64,000 nucleotides of DNA from a virus. Shown in pieces: positions 9,779 to 20,307 of the stretch (within the stretch, counting starts at the first letter, position 1; every line of letters begins with the position of its first letter). A program made the translations under genes and the position numbers. Where the stretch lies: the IMG/VR virus record IMGVR_UViG_3300021168_000001, positions 39,270 to 103,269 of that record; one strand, written 5' to 3'. The notes below the pieces were generated by a model. That model ran no database searches. It was given only the letters and a program-made list of their open reading frames with translations, and was not told the origin of the DNA.

Positions 9779-10623
9779 GCCGCTGTGCGCTCCTTCATCC
9801 CGCTCAGGTTCCTGAAAGCGATTCGAGTCATGCTCATGATCCGGCCGTTCCGATGAACGCGGTGTGGCCATTTCACATCATCGAGTGTGAGCAGCGGAGA
9901 TTGAGGACAACGACAATTTGGAAAAGTTCCTCCGTGCCCACGTCCCAATGTGCTTTTCTCTCCAATTAAAGCCTCTGGCGATGGCGGGTCATCATAGAAC
10001 ACGATCACACCTTCCATATTTTTATGACTCGGCCTCACCCTCGTATCTTCCGACGTCAACCATTCGTAGCACGGTAGCCCGAGATGCTCGGCGCGCGCCT
10101 GCGTGAGAGCCGCGCTTGCCTTCATCGTTTCGGTCCGCGCGATCAGATTAATCCTGGTTCGCGTGAGTTGCGGAAACCGGTGTCGCATCATCTTGGCGAT
10201 CGCTTCCGGCCGGGCCCCTGCCTGCTGCGCCTCCGCGATCTCGCCCGTCAACTGCTGAGCGACCTTTCGCGGAATACTCGAGATATAGGCCGCATTCTCA
10301 TCAACTATCCTGCGAAGTGCAATCCCGACCGGCCCGGCCATTTCCCGCTGCAGGAGCCGATGTAACATTGAGCTCCGTTGCGCCCGCGTCGCCGCTTCAC
10401 GCCAGGTTCTCGCGTTCAGCACGTTGACCCACCGGCCCATCTCGCCGGCGACATAGGCTGCGGCATCAGCAACGTCTCGCCGCTCGCTCACCGCCGCCAG
10501 TTCTGCAATCCACTGCTCGAAGCTTACATCCGGCTTGCGTTGGGGGATGCTCGACAACATGAGTCTGCGGATCAGCCGCTGATACTCGAGTTCGATCCGT
10601 CGCGTAACCGTAAAGTCACTCAT
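9775..10623 (-). CDS. MuF / SPP1 gp7-like minor head morphogenesis protein
   Basis: RINLIARTE, YEWLTSEDTRVRPSH and PNCRC signature motifs. Confidence 0.9.
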   Translation of the reverse strand: MSDFTVTRRIELEYQRLIRRLMLSSIPQRKPDVSFEQWIAELAAVSERRDVADAAAYVAGEMGRWVNVLNARTWREAATRAQRSSMLHRLLQREMAGPVGIALRRIVDENAAYISSIPRKVAQQLTGEIAEAQQAGARPEAIAKMMRHRFPQLTRTRINLIARTETMKASAALTQARAEHLGLPCYEWLTSEDTRVRPSHKNMEGVIVFYDDPPSPEALIGEKSTLGRGHGGTFPNCRCPQSPLLTLDDVKWPHRVHRNGRIMSMTRIAFRNLSGMKERTAA

Positions 10624-10774
10624 TCGATCGTTGTGCCATGCGATTCTTTGAACTTGCGCAGCATTTCGTCTAGCTCTCGCTGCTCTTTTTCCGTCAATGG
10701 CTTGTAATTTGGCGGCAGCTTCGGCGGCAGCTTCGGTTGCGGTGGTTCGGTCTGCGGCTTCTTAGTCGGCTTCT

Positions 10775-11293
10775 TCATTTTTTCATCAGAGCTACGGCTG
10801 TGATGATCAGCGACAAGATCGCGATGATTGCAAAAATAATCTGAAAAACATTAGCGCCGCTTTTTTCTTTACCTGAACCTTGGCCCTCGATCAAGGCTAT
10901 GCGCGATTTCAAATCTCCTATCTGCACATCGAAGCCTGAGGCCCTGGTGCTCAAAAGCGCTCCCAACTGGTCAATCTGCTTGCTGGTTGCCGTCTCACTC
11001 TTGGCAATGGCGAGGTCGGAAGACTTGTTCTGCTCCCCAACCGCTTCCTTGGCCGCCTGCAATGCCGCCTGCACAGCCTTGTCGCTGTCACGGAATTGCG
11101 TCTGTACGCCTATAAACTTCTCGCCGTGAAGCTCTCGCAGGCCGTTCATCTCCGCTTTCAGCAATTCTTTGAGCGCCGCGAGTTCTCCTTTGAACTGCGT
11201 CTCGAGTCGCTGGCCCATCTCGGTTGTAAGCGTGGTTGGGTCAGGCCTGGGAAACGTGTCTTCGTTGCTTCTACGCCCCGCTACTCTATCCAT
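10775..11293 (-). CDS. Coiled-coil protein with C-terminal TM helix
   Basis: Heptad-rich body and a hydrophobic C-terminal segment ending KK. Confidence 0.6.
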   Translation of the reverse strand: MDRVAGRRSNEDTFPRPDPTTLTTEMGQRLETQFKGELAALKELLKAEMNGLRELHGEKFIGVQTQFRDSDKAVQAALQAAKEAVGEQNKSSDLAIAKSETATSKQIDQLGALLSTRASGFDVQIGDLKSRIALIEGQGSGKEKSGANVFQIIFAIIAILSLIITAVALMKK

Positions 11294-11305
11294 TCCTCAA
11301 ATCCG

Positions 11306-11330
11306 TCCCAATGGGATATAATTCCAATCA
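11306..11330 (+). promoter_or_regulatory. -10 box TATAAT preceded by the TCCCAATGGGA palindrome
   Basis: TCCCAATGGGA 11306-11316 and TATAAT 11317-11322, upstream of the plus-strand small-ORF island. Confidence 0.5.
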
Positions 11331-12408
11331 TTCGCTTACCACTGAAAGGAAAGCAATGCAATCCCTCTTTACCAACGCTGAAGCAATCCGCCGAGCTCGA
11401 TCTGCCTTTGAGATTCTGTCGAAGGCTGGCATCCGCAAGAATGTGGCCGTGGCCATGCTTGTGATGCGGAATAATCTCACCTACGACCAGGCTCGCGATC
11501 GAATCGCGTCCCTCGAAACGGCCACAGGAAGGATGCTTACGGAATGACTACCGATATCGAAGTTTGTTGCTGCGATGCAATGCTTCGTCGCCAACGCGAT
11601 AACAACAATATGCTTGGCGGTTCTCTTTTCAGTTGGACCTGCCCGGTTCACAAAAAGGTTTCGATGGATACGCGTCCGTTGCCGCCATCGACTATCCATC
11701 ATCACCCAGCGGCACCATTTCCGAGACCGTTCCCGCAAAGGAAGATGGTCGACGGTTTCTAATCCGGCGCATACTGTTGAAAAGGAGGTCTAAACCAATG
11801 AAGCCATCAACGAATGCCTTGTTCATGGCCCTCATTCGCCATGAGAACTCAACGAAGGAAGAGAAACAGGCTGAATGCCAACGGATTTGCCGAGAGGCCG
11901 CGCTCCGCGGTTTGCATTCAGTCCTGTGCCCAGTCCTTCACGACCAGTGGAAGCAGACGCCACAAAGAATCCGAAAGGCCGCATGACCGGAGACGATATG
12001 GTTCGTGAAGTCTTTTCGGTGGTTAGCGGCTGCAACCTCGATGTCCTGCATGCCACCTTCGGCGCTGATTTCCTGTTTTGTAATCGACCTTTCGTGCTCA
12101 TCGTCGAATGTCCTGCGAACCTGCGCGACGTGATCCGCCAGCACATCGCGCAGTCTCTTCCGAAGCACTGGACCCTTGAGTTCCGATAGCCGGAGTTTGA
12201 TGCCTGATGCGTACGCCAGTTCACAACAGCGAAGCTTTGAGGTTACTCGCCCGGTTGAAATACCGCATGGAAGGCTTTGTTCTTCAAATTAGCCATAGCC
12301 CAACCGGATCGTCTCTTTGCCTGCCGCCACGATCAGCCGATTCATTAACGATTAGCCGCTGGCTCGACGAATTGGACAAGATCGAAGCCGAGCTCAAAAA
12401 GGACTGAA

Positions 12409-12645
12409 ATGAAAGCCGAAGAGATCCAAGAGATAATCAGCCGCTGCGCCGAGATCTGCAAGGCAGCCAACCCGATCGTTGCGGCCGGTACCATGCAAAT
12501 CACCAACATCATGATCCAGGGCGAGATTGCCATCCGTCTTGGCGAGATAGCAGAACACCTCGGCGATATTTCCAATCGCCTGGACAACATATGTAATCCG
12601 AACAATGGCGATTCGCTGAATGTTACGACATTTTCCCCGATCTAG
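12409..12645 (+). CDS. Small hypothetical protein (resembles 56847..57047)
   Basis: Last ORF of the plus-strand island; MKAEEI start and EIA..L..I motif. Confidence 0.5.
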   Translation: MKAEEIQEIISRCAEICKAANPIVAAGTMQITNIMIQGEIAIRLGEIAEHLGDISNRLDNICNPNNGDSLNVTTFSPI

Positions 12646-13259
12646 GGCAAGCTCTTGTAGCCGATCCCGCTGAACTCCACACTATAGGCGCCGGCAACCG
12701 ATGCAATGCACAGCTGCAGCTGCGTCACAATTGTGTTCGGAGCCCATCCGTGATTCTGTGCCGGGATCGCCGGCATCGCGATAGGCTTGCCATTCGCGCT
12801 GGCGAACCTGATGTTTTTGTTCACATAATCGAATCCATACCGAATTGCTACACCGTTCTCGATGTCAATCTCCAGCGGAATCGGTACGCCTGTGTTGACC
12901 CAAGGATTGTTGATCTGCGTCATCCACCCGTTGGCAACATTGAACTGAAAACTTCCATCGTAGGTGAATCCAGATGCGTCGGTGAACTTGCTGTCCATCT
13001 CGATGACCTGCGCATACTGGATGTCGTCGCCGAACTTTACCGTACAGCCGAACTCGACACTCGCCGAAGGGTTGAGCCACTGGCTCGTGCATTTCCCCAA
13101 TGCGCCTGAATCGGGCTGACCATCGCAAACGATCACCAGGCCGCTTGCAGTTTTCTCTACCGCAAAGCCGGTCGGCTGCTTCGGGTTGATTGTCGGGTCC
13201 CACTCTGGCGTCCACAGTCCATCACGTTCCAGATTAGTAATCTGCCAGGAATAACTCAC
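12642..13259 (-). CDS. Hypothetical beta-sandwich-like protein
   Basis: 205 aa ORF coupled to the HNH stop. Confidence 0.55.
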   Translation of the reverse strand: MSYSWQITNLERDGLWTPEWDPTINPKQPTGFAVEKTASGLVIVCDGQPDSGALGKCTSQWLNPSASVEFGCTVKFGDDIQYAQVIEMDSKFTDASGFTYDGSFQFNVANGWMTQINNPWVNTGVPIPLEIDIENGVAIRYGFDYVNKNIRFASANGKPIAMPAIPAQNHGWAPNTIVTQLQLCIASVAGAYSVEFSGIGYKSLP

Positions 13260-13930
13260 TCCATCCTCCGATAAAGAACGCCTCGTTCAATCTCCCAATA
13301 CCGGTTTCCCTTGCGAGAATTGCACGGTTTACACGCGCCGACGACGTTCGCCCTTGTATGCTGTCCTTCCTTGGAAAGAGGCACAACATGGTCCATGGTC
13401 AATTCACACTCAATTCCGCACCACCAACAGCAACTACGCTGTTCAGCGATAATCGCAATCCACTGGCAGGGAGTTAAATCCCCTCTCCGTGAAGCAGCCC
13501 TCCTTTTGTGTCCACGGCTTCTGTTGATTGCCTTGTAAAGATCAGGCTTTTTCGCCATCGATCGCCTGACATAAACCTTGCATTTTTCCTTATTGTCCCT
13601 CGCCCACCTTACGGCGCGGGCGATTGCGATAGCGGCCTCTTTACGATAGCTCAATTTTTTGCTGCATCTTGTCGAGCAAGTCCGAGCTTCAGGATGGAAA
13701 GTGGAAGGTACGAATACATTGCCGCAAATCTCGCAATTCTTGGCAGAATGCTCTTGGTAGCCTATTTTCTTTCGATTCCATGATCTTTTCAGGCAATTTT
13801 TGCTGCAATATGTTTTTCTTGGACATTTCTGCGGTACCTCGAAATTGACATCGCAGGCCGCGCATTTACGCGTTCTGGATTTGGTCCCAGATCTTTTCAA
13901 TTCCTCCGCTTGCAAGCTGCCGGACTTCAT
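13256..13930 (-). CDS. HNH endonuclease with N-terminal Cys-rich repeats
   Basis: CWWCG...TMDHVVPLSKEG.H...NVVGACKPCNSRKG. Confidence 0.85.
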   Translation of the reverse strand: MKSGSLQAEELKRSGTKSRTRKCAACDVNFEVPQKCPRKTYCSKNCLKRSWNRKKIGYQEHSAKNCEICGNVFVPSTFHPEARTCSTRCSKKLSYRKEAAIAIARAVRWARDNKEKCKVYVRRSMAKKPDLYKAINRSRGHKRRAASRRGDLTPCQWIAIIAEQRSCCWWCGIECELTMDHVVPLSKEGQHTRANVVGACKPCNSRKGNRYWEIERGVLYRRME

Positions 13931-14372
13931 CGTTAGGCTCCGCCACCGGGAACTGACCATTCATCTGAAAATGATCATAATCCTTGAAGTGTTCCCATAG
14001 GGCACCGCATTGCAATCCAAGCGAAGAAGCTACAGTAACCATCCGAATGTAGGAACTGGTTAGACTCTTTCCACCGTTACTTTCTACTGCTTTCCAGTCT
14101 GGCTGCCATGGATCTAATCCGATCACACCTGGTACTAAATCCACGGCGAGGCCGAAATTGTGCCAAGAAAATCCGCCACGTACATTTGTGACGATGGACC
14201 CTGGTGCGGTCCGGCCCTTCGCGTAGAGCTCATCCTGTTCGGCCACCGTGCGAAGGCCAGCAGTCACACGAATGTAGATGTCCTCGGCAGCAAGCATCGA
14301 GGCCATCTGACGAACCTTGTCCGCGAGGCCCGGGTAGAGATCCGCGAGCCTCGCTTCGGAAACTTCATCCAT
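13866..14372 (-). CDS. M15-family peptidase endolysin (L-Ala-D-Glu peptidase-like)
   Basis: GLRTVAEQDELYAKGRT, SWHNFGLAVD and DYDHFQ zinc-binding motifs. Confidence 0.9.
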   Translation of the reverse strand: MDEVSEARLADLYPGLADKVRQMASMLAAEDIYIRVTAGLRTVAEQDELYAKGRTAPGSIVTNVRGGFSWHNFGLAVDLVPGVIGLDPWQPDWKAVESNGGKSLTSSYIRMVTVASSLGLQCGALWEHFKDYDHFQMNGQFPVAEPNDEVRQLASGGIEKIWDQIQNA

Positions 14373-14719
14373 TACCGCCTCTTCCCTGGAATTCTTCCCA
14401 CCGGCGATTCGTGAATCAGGCGCTTGCCTTGCGGCGGTGAGACGTTTCCTTCTATGCCCATGAAGTTCGGCAGCTTCCTTGCTGGACTATCAGGAGCCTT
14501 GTCGCCAATTGACGACTTAAATTCCGAATGCCGCTCCACGAGTTCTGGATCACAAACGTGCGGATGCCATTCGGTATTTGGATAAATGGGCCCCTCGGGA
14601 TAGCTGAATGCTGTGCCTCCCCATTCGTTCCCCATTTTGCAGATGGTTGCGCCGCAATTCTCGCAGCTATGCGGACCATAGTAGACGATTCGCGAACTTC
14701 TGAATGTGATTGGTGACAT
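14372..14719 (-). CDS. Hypothetical protein (CxxC)
   Basis: ORF coupled to the endolysin start. Confidence 0.45.
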   Translation of the reverse strand: MSPITFRSSRIVYYGPHSCENCGATICKMGNEWGGTAFSYPEGPIYPNTEWHPHVCDPELVERHSEFKSSIGDKAPDSPARKLPNFMGIEGNVSPPQGKRLIHESPVGRIPGKRR

Positions 14720-14748
14720 TTTGTTTTCTCCTTACGTAAGTAGGTATT

Positions 14749-15057
14749 TCATTGTCCGCTTCGCTTTCGATAGTTTTCGATCTCGGCGAGGCAGATCTTC
14801 ATTCCCACCTCATCCTCGAGGCAGGAGTGGATCCGGATATTCGGCGTCGGCCGCCCATCGAGAGACTGCTTCCATCGCAGCCATTGCTCAGCGTCCATAT
14901 GCGTCTCGACGATCTCGATATCGTAAAAGTTGTTTTGGAATTTAGCCTGTTGGTGACGAATGTCTATCACTCCAACGTGGCTCAAATCCATTATGCGAAT
15001 GATCGATCTTGCCGGGCACTCGCATGTCACCAGGAGCACGCGCGGCTTGGCGCTCAC
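14749..15057 (-). CDS. Hypothetical protein
   Basis: Fits the minus-strand gene order. Confidence 0.45.
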   Translation of the reverse strand: MSAKPRVLLVTCECPARSIIRIMDLSHVGVIDIRHQQAKFQNNFYDIEIVETHMDAEQWLRWKQSLDGRPTPNIRIHSCLEDEVGMKICLAEIENYRKRSGQ

Positions 15058-15151
15058 AGTTGCCGCGCTCTCCTTCGCCGGATCCAGTTCTGGCCGCAGA
15101 ACGGTGGATACCAGATGGTCACCATTTTCTTAATCATCTTGCTCGCTCCCC

Positions 15152-18112
15152 TCAGTTCGGAATCCCGTAATTATAGGTGCTCGTGTCTCCCGTCGCGCAT
15201 ATCACAGAAAATCCCACGCCGGGATTAGGTGTGGTCTGCGCCAGCGCGCCAGGCGTTCCGCCGACCGTCTTTATGCCGAACCATACGGTAGACGTCGCTG
15301 AGAAGTTACCATTTGTAACTCCGATCGTTCCACCGCTGGTGCAGGTAAATGTTCCCACACGAGACGATGAAAGCGGCACAGTTGTGAATGGCTGGCGCGG
15401 TGTTATCCCATTGCTAAGAATATCAAGGCAGTCGGATACCGAGCCGTTACCACACTGGATCTCTACCCCATTAGCTTGTGCATTAATGCGGCCATTTAGA
15501 AGCTGAGCTGATGTATGGTATAGGTCGATATGCGGATCAGTACTAGAACCCGGTAGCGATAGCCCTTGCGGAAAGGGTATCTGCGCCGTAAAGGCTGGAT
15601 TTTCCTGAGGCTGTGAATTTGAAGCGTTGTCCTGCAGGGCATCATGATATCGGGTGCATACAGGGTCGCCTTGATTAAAGATCGACCAAATTATTCTATT
15701 CACGGTCCCACCGCTCCAGCCGATGATATCCAGAGTGGGTACACGCGGACCACAAAATATATCGCTACTTTTCACAGCGCCTTCTAACTGCGTCGCATTT
15801 CTATAAGGATCGTTGGTCCCAGTAATCGGTGTCGCACCCTCCGCTGATAGCGTGTGCATTGTTAAAGATCCTGCAACACAGCAGAATATGTTTCTACTGA
15901 TCCCTTTAGCTAGTATCGTATCTATGGTCCCGCCTCCGGTCTCGCCGGAATCACGAGCAAAGATTCCCAGACCCAAAGAGCTGACTCCGGGGTAAGTGTG
16001 AGTGTTGGCGCCCTGCGGGATATTCATGGGATGCCCTGTTTGCCGCTGGCTTATAGTTGCAGGGAACTTAGCTATCTCAAGAAAATCTGGGCTATTCCCG
16101 GAGCAGCCGGAACACCAAAAATACTTGTCAAACCAATCATCCAACTTCTGTGAACCGCTTCCGGGTCCTCCATACGCCGGTAAACGTGGAATGATGTTGC
16201 GAGCACTAGTCGCATCAAAGAATCCGCCGCATCCCAGGGGTTGATCGATGCGATGGCACCACTGCCCGCCGTTGATCCAGCTACCAAGGCTATTGAATAC
16301 AAGATCAGAAGCAGTAAATCCTATATCCGTAGACTGGGTCCACATCCCCAGTCCACCATTAAATGTAATGCCTCCGATGTGGGAATAATTCGCATTGTTG
16401 ATTACTCCGATGTCAAGAATGGCGTTACTAGCCGTGAAATACTGAAGATCTAGACCCACCACATAGCCACCGTAAATCCACGGTTGCAAGTTATCAAAGG
16501 TCTGGCCATCCCAAGTGCCAATGTCGGAAGTGGCGTTTCCCAATGTAGAGGATTCACCAACAAAGCTAACTTCCGATCCAAGGTAAACATTGACGGGGAA
16601 TTGAGTCGGTGCGAGCGGAGTCATGTTGCTGCACTGCACCCATACCGGACTACCGGCTGTGTTACTGTTGCAGGCTCCGTGGTCACCGAAGACAATGGTA
16701 GGTGCCGTTACTCCGCAACCCGTAGCGTTGGTGCCGATCGTCATCGATGTGATTTGCCCGGCAGCGTTCGATGCCGCTGTTCCTTTGGCGACGATCGGCA
16801 CCCAGCCGGTGCCGATAAACCCGATGGTATTGCAAGTGCTGCTGCCTTTAACCGCATAAAAATTAATGGCTGACCCAGAGCTTGGCACGTATCCCGAGCC
16901 GCCAGCACCGACGCTTGGCGTTGTAATCGCCCCGCCTGATGTCGTCGTGGTAGCGGTCGCGCCGTCTCCTCCGACAGTTACTATGGTCGCAGTTGGCGGA
17001 GATGAGTAGTTGTATCCGCCAAAGACCACGGAGCACGACGCAATATGACCACCGCTGTCGCTCGTGGCTGTAATGTAAGCCTGATTTCCGCACTGAGCGC
17101 TGCCGTTGCATCCCCCGGTGACAATGGTGCGCATCGTTGAATTGATGGTGTAACCAGAGCCGGAAGATGTCACAGCGCAAGACGAAATTACGCCATTTGT
17201 ACCTAGTGTAGTTGATAGTGTTCCTCCGGTCCCTCCTCCTGCCTGGCCATAGCCGCCATCATCAGAGGCACCAGTGAGAACGTAATAAGGAGCCGTCGCC
17301 ATCAAATACTGCCCCGGTGGCTTTATGCATATGCCACCGGTCGCCGGAGAAACAAACGTTGCCTGCGCACATGCAGCGAATGCTGGGGAGTTATCCGTGC
17401 CGTACCAGAGATTGCCAGTGAAAGAGTTGAGGGCGGTTTTGTTCAGGACGACGTGAGTAGCATCTGTGACCGACACTATTTGCGCCGTGTTGTTCGTGGT
17501 CCATCCTGAAAGCGGAGTAAATGCTATATTCGCGAATGGCTGCGCGGTTGGAGCACCGATTGTTGCGAATTTCCCGATGTCTGTTAAGCCGCTGAAGTTC
17601 GTGTTGGTGCATGTGAGCGTAGTTCCCCCCACGGTCATAGAGCACGTGAAGTAACCCGACGCGCTCCGCTGAAGCGCGTCGCCAACCGCTCCATAGGCGG
17701 TGACCAGCTGGGTGGCCTTGCATGCGTTGGCACTACAGGCTTGATGGACCGTAGGGAGGTCGCTCCCCAGGTTAAGTTGATGAGTCGATGGGTTGATCGT
17801 GATGCTGGGATCGCCCTGGAACGAAGTCACCGCATTGTTGGCGAAGTTCACGGCAAACGCTGGCCCGGCAGGATTAGATGCTGTACCTCCATTCGAAGTC
17901 CATCCAGAACTCGAACAGAAATAGCTCAGATTGTTCGTAGTATCCGCATATGGCTCACCATAATTTACTGATGTGCAAGGTATCGTCGGCGCACCGCTAC
18001 CACTCACCTTGACCCACTTTACCTGTGTGTGCGGATTGATGGCCTGCTGGCCTACGCCATCAATCCACGAATTCCAACACACCAACAGGATCAGTATTAA
18101 CGCTCGACGCAT
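15152..18112 (-). CDS. Large fibre/tailspike-like beta protein with an N-terminal signal-like segment
   Basis: 986 aa, G/T/S-rich. YGAVGD...GTDNSPAF..C...PPGQY resembles a pectate-lyase-like entry motif; GSGY-type repeats; hydrophobic N-terminus. Confidence 0.6.
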   Translation of the reverse strand: MRRALILILLVCWNSWIDGVGQQAINPHTQVKWVKVSGSGAPTIPCTSVNYGEPYADTTNNLSYFCSSSGWTSNGGTASNPAGPAFAVNFANNAVTSFQGDPSITINPSTHQLNLGSDLPTVHQACSANACKATQLVTAYGAVGDALQRSASGYFTCSMTVGGTTLTCTNTNFSGLTDIGKFATIGAPTAQPFANIAFTPLSGWTTNNTAQIVSVTDATHVVLNKTALNSFTGNLWYGTDNSPAFAACAQATFVSPATGGICIKPPGQYLMATAPYYVLTGASDDGGYGQAGGGTGGTLSTTLGTNGVISSCAVTSSGSGYTINSTMRTIVTGGCNGSAQCGNQAYITATSDSGGHIASCSVVFGGYNYSSPPTATIVTVGGDGATATTTTSGGAITTPSVGAGGSGYVPSSGSAINFYAVKGSSTCNTIGFIGTGWVPIVAKGTAASNAAGQITSMTIGTNATGCGVTAPTIVFGDHGACNSNTAGSPVWVQCSNMTPLAPTQFPVNVYLGSEVSFVGESSTLGNATSDIGTWDGQTFDNLQPWIYGGYVVGLDLQYFTASNAILDIGVINNANYSHIGGITFNGGLGMWTQSTDIGFTASDLVFNSLGSWINGGQWCHRIDQPLGCGGFFDATSARNIIPRLPAYGGPGSGSQKLDDWFDKYFWCSGCSGNSPDFLEIAKFPATISQRQTGHPMNIPQGANTHTYPGVSSLGLGIFARDSGETGGGTIDTILAKGISRNIFCCVAGSLTMHTLSAEGATPITGTNDPYRNATQLEGAVKSSDIFCGPRVPTLDIIGWSGGTVNRIIWSIFNQGDPVCTRYHDALQDNASNSQPQENPAFTAQIPFPQGLSLPGSSTDPHIDLYHTSAQLLNGRINAQANGVEIQCGNGSVSDCLDILSNGITPRQPFTTVPLSSSRVGTFTCTSGGTIGVTNGNFSATSTVWFGIKTVGGTPGALAQTTPNPGVGFSVICATGDTSTYNYGIPN

Positions 18113-18130
18113 TCGATTCGATTCCTCGTT

Positions 18131-18676
18131 TTAGTTGTTGTATTTTATTGAGATCGTTCCGCCAGTGCAGATGAGGCGCCACCCGGCCGCTGCGCCGCCG
18201 CGGCCACCTCCGCCTGACGAATAGTAGTATGTGAAGTTCAGCGACATGGAGCCGGAATAGCTCCCGCCATCGCCATCGTTCGTGTCTCCGGAGAACGTCG
18301 TCACCACCGTCGCCGGCGCACTGATGCTTACCGGTCGCCCATTATTGGTGCCTGTAAAAGTCGCATAGGTCTCGGAGTCTCCGGTTACATGCGCTTCGTC
18401 CAGGTCAGCGACATTGTTCCAGACGATGAATCCGGTACCGGCGTTATAGCCAGTCAGGTATGTGTCGATCCAGAATGTTCCGCTGGGCTGCCCATTGATC
18501 GCGACCGGGATCCCATAGCAGTAGAGCGGGCTGCTGTCACGGCCGCAGTTGAAACCACCCTGTCCAACGTTGAGTGTGATTGGAAGTTGCTGCCCAGGAA
18601 CCTCATCCTGCGCCAAAACTAAAGTTGGAAGCATACACAGAATTGAAGCGAGTGCTGCAAAGCGTAGCAGTTTCAT
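18131..18676 (-). CDS. Secreted hypothetical protein
   Basis: Likely start MKLLRFAALASILCMLPTLVLA|Q, a Sec signal. Confidence 0.65.
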   Translation of the reverse strand: MKLLRFAALASILCMLPTLVLAQDEVPGQQLPITLNVGQGGFNCGRDSSPLYCYGIPVAINGQPSGTFWIDTYLTGYNAGTGFIVWNNVADLDEAHVTGDSETYATFTGTNNGRPVSISAPATVVTTFSGDTNDGDGGSYSGSMSLNFTYYYSSGGGGRGGAAAGWRLICTGGTISIKYNN

Positions 18677-18787
18677 TTGGTTCTTTCTCCCGATTGAAAT
18701 TTTGAATCCGGTTTGAATAAAGCATGCGCCAAATGCGCGATATCGCCACAAACTATGGTCATGATTCCAGTTAATCGATCATTCGTT

Positions 18788-20122
18788 TCACGCCGCCAAG
18801 AGTCGATAATCCGAAAACACTTCTTCAACCCCGTACCGCAGCGCATCGCACCCATGGTCGTTCGTTTTTATCGGTGCCTCTTCGCCGCGCTTAATCGCGT
18901 CCGGATCCCACATATACGACGGCAGTTCGCGAATCAGCTCTTCGCATTCGGCACTGATCCGAATCCGTCTTTGAGTAAGCACGCTCGAGGTCTTGCGGAT
19001 CCCATCGAGCACATCGTTGTTGGCATCCACTACCCAGAGATTTGCAGCTGACAACTCATTGCGAAAGCTGGCGGCCGAAGGATCGAGAACGATGCGCGGC
19101 TGGCTGCGCCGTTGCACGCGCGATACACTCACAATGCCGGCTGTGTTCTTGTAGCCGTCTGGACTAAGCCAGCAAACGATGTCGTCTTTGTACTGCGAGT
19201 CTGTCTTTTGACGCATCTCCTTCGCGGAGTCCCACCAATACTGACGATCGATCCAAAGCGTCTTGCCGTCGTCAATTGCCTCGAGCGCCGTGCACGGGTT
19301 GGCCGTGCCATAGTCCATGAAGACGATGTGGTCGACATAACCGCCAAATCCATAGAGCCCTGGCCCGATCTCTTCAGGGTGGTAAATCAGATCGGATGAC
19401 CAGGCACTGCCATAGATTGCGCCTTCGGCTGCGACCCATCGGCCGAGAATGTAACGCAGAAAGAAGACGCCGCTTTGCGAAGCTTTGATCGTTCGCTTTG
19501 AATTCGGGTCCAGGTTCGGATTGTCGTCCAGCGTGAACTCGATGTGCGTTAGGTCCGGCTTGAAGCTTTTGCCATCGATGACTTCGGTCTTCAGGTAGTG
19601 CGTCGGCGGGCCCGGGTTTGTGGTTCCGTAGAACCGCGATCCTTTTGGCGAAAGCCGCTGCATCAGAACAAAGAAGAAGGACCGCGGCCACTCGATCACC
19701 TCATCCCCGATCGCAACACCAATCGTCATTCCCAGAATGTTCGTGTATGACGCCTCATCGTTGGCGCCAATCACGAACCATTGAACTCCGGCGCCGTTCT
19801 CACCCAGAAACAGCCAGAGCTCACCGGTTGACTGATTGTAGGAGTACTTGTCTTTACCGATGATTTCGAACAGGTCGATGAGAATGTTCTTGTGAACCTT
19901 GCCCTTCGACTTGCCGATAATGACGCGCCGGCCCTCCACCTTGTATCGGCAGAGGTGAAGAATCACCTTCGCTGTAACGGCCCAGGTCTTGGCGGACCGG
20001 ACGGACCCGACAAGAATGTTGTACTTTCTGTCGAGCTCGGGCGGGTGCATGATGAACGCGTGCGCCTTGCGTCCGAACTGTTTAACTTTTTGTACAGGAG
20101 CAATCGACGTCCCGGTTGCCAA
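18788..20122 (-). CDS. terL: Terminase large subunit (PBSX-like)
   Basis: GSVRSAKT Walker A, AIGDE Walker B, GTTNP, MDYGTANP, DPSAASF and NDHGCDALRY nuclease motifs. Confidence 0.95.
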   Translation of the reverse strand: MATGTSIAPVQKVKQFGRKAHAFIMHPPELDRKYNILVGSVRSAKTWAVTAKVILHLCRYKVEGRRVIIGKSKGKVHKNILIDLFEIIGKDKYSYNQSTGELWLFLGENGAGVQWFVIGANDEASYTNILGMTIGVAIGDEVIEWPRSFFFVLMQRLSPKGSRFYGTTNPGPPTHYLKTEVIDGKSFKPDLTHIEFTLDDNPNLDPNSKRTIKASQSGVFFLRYILGRWVAAEGAIYGSAWSSDLIYHPEEIGPGLYGFGGYVDHIVFMDYGTANPCTALEAIDDGKTLWIDRQYWWDSAKEMRQKTDSQYKDDIVCWLSPDGYKNTAGIVSVSRVQRRSQPRIVLDPSAASFRNELSAANLWVVDANNDVLDGIRKTSSVLTQRRIRISAECEELIRELPSYMWDPDAIKRGEEAPIKTNDHGCDALRYGVEEVFSDYRLLAA

Positions 20123-20130
20123 CGGTCAGC

Positions 20131-20289
20131 CTACAATCCTTTGTGCCAGCGCATGCGCCGCTTGAATTCGCGATCCTCGCGAGCTTCTTTAATCCAGTTG
20201 GATATCCCTTTTGCGACTAGCCAGACAATGTATCCAGCCGCGACCGAAGCGATCGCATAGCCAGCCAGCCGGATATCGCCGATCGACAT
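20131..20289 (-). CDS. Small membrane protein
   Basis: 52 aa MSIGDIRLAGYAIASVAAGYIVWLVAKG..., below the ORF-track cutoff. Confidence 0.4.
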   Translation of the reverse strand: MSIGDIRLAGYAIASVAAGYIVWLVAKGISNWIKEAREDREFKRRMRWHKGL

Positions 20290-20307
20290 TCAGAAAATGT
20301 AAATGAT

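Noticed and set aside
9775-10623. MuF polymorphic toxin
   Set aside because: Short MuF with no C-terminal toxin domain or immunity gene.
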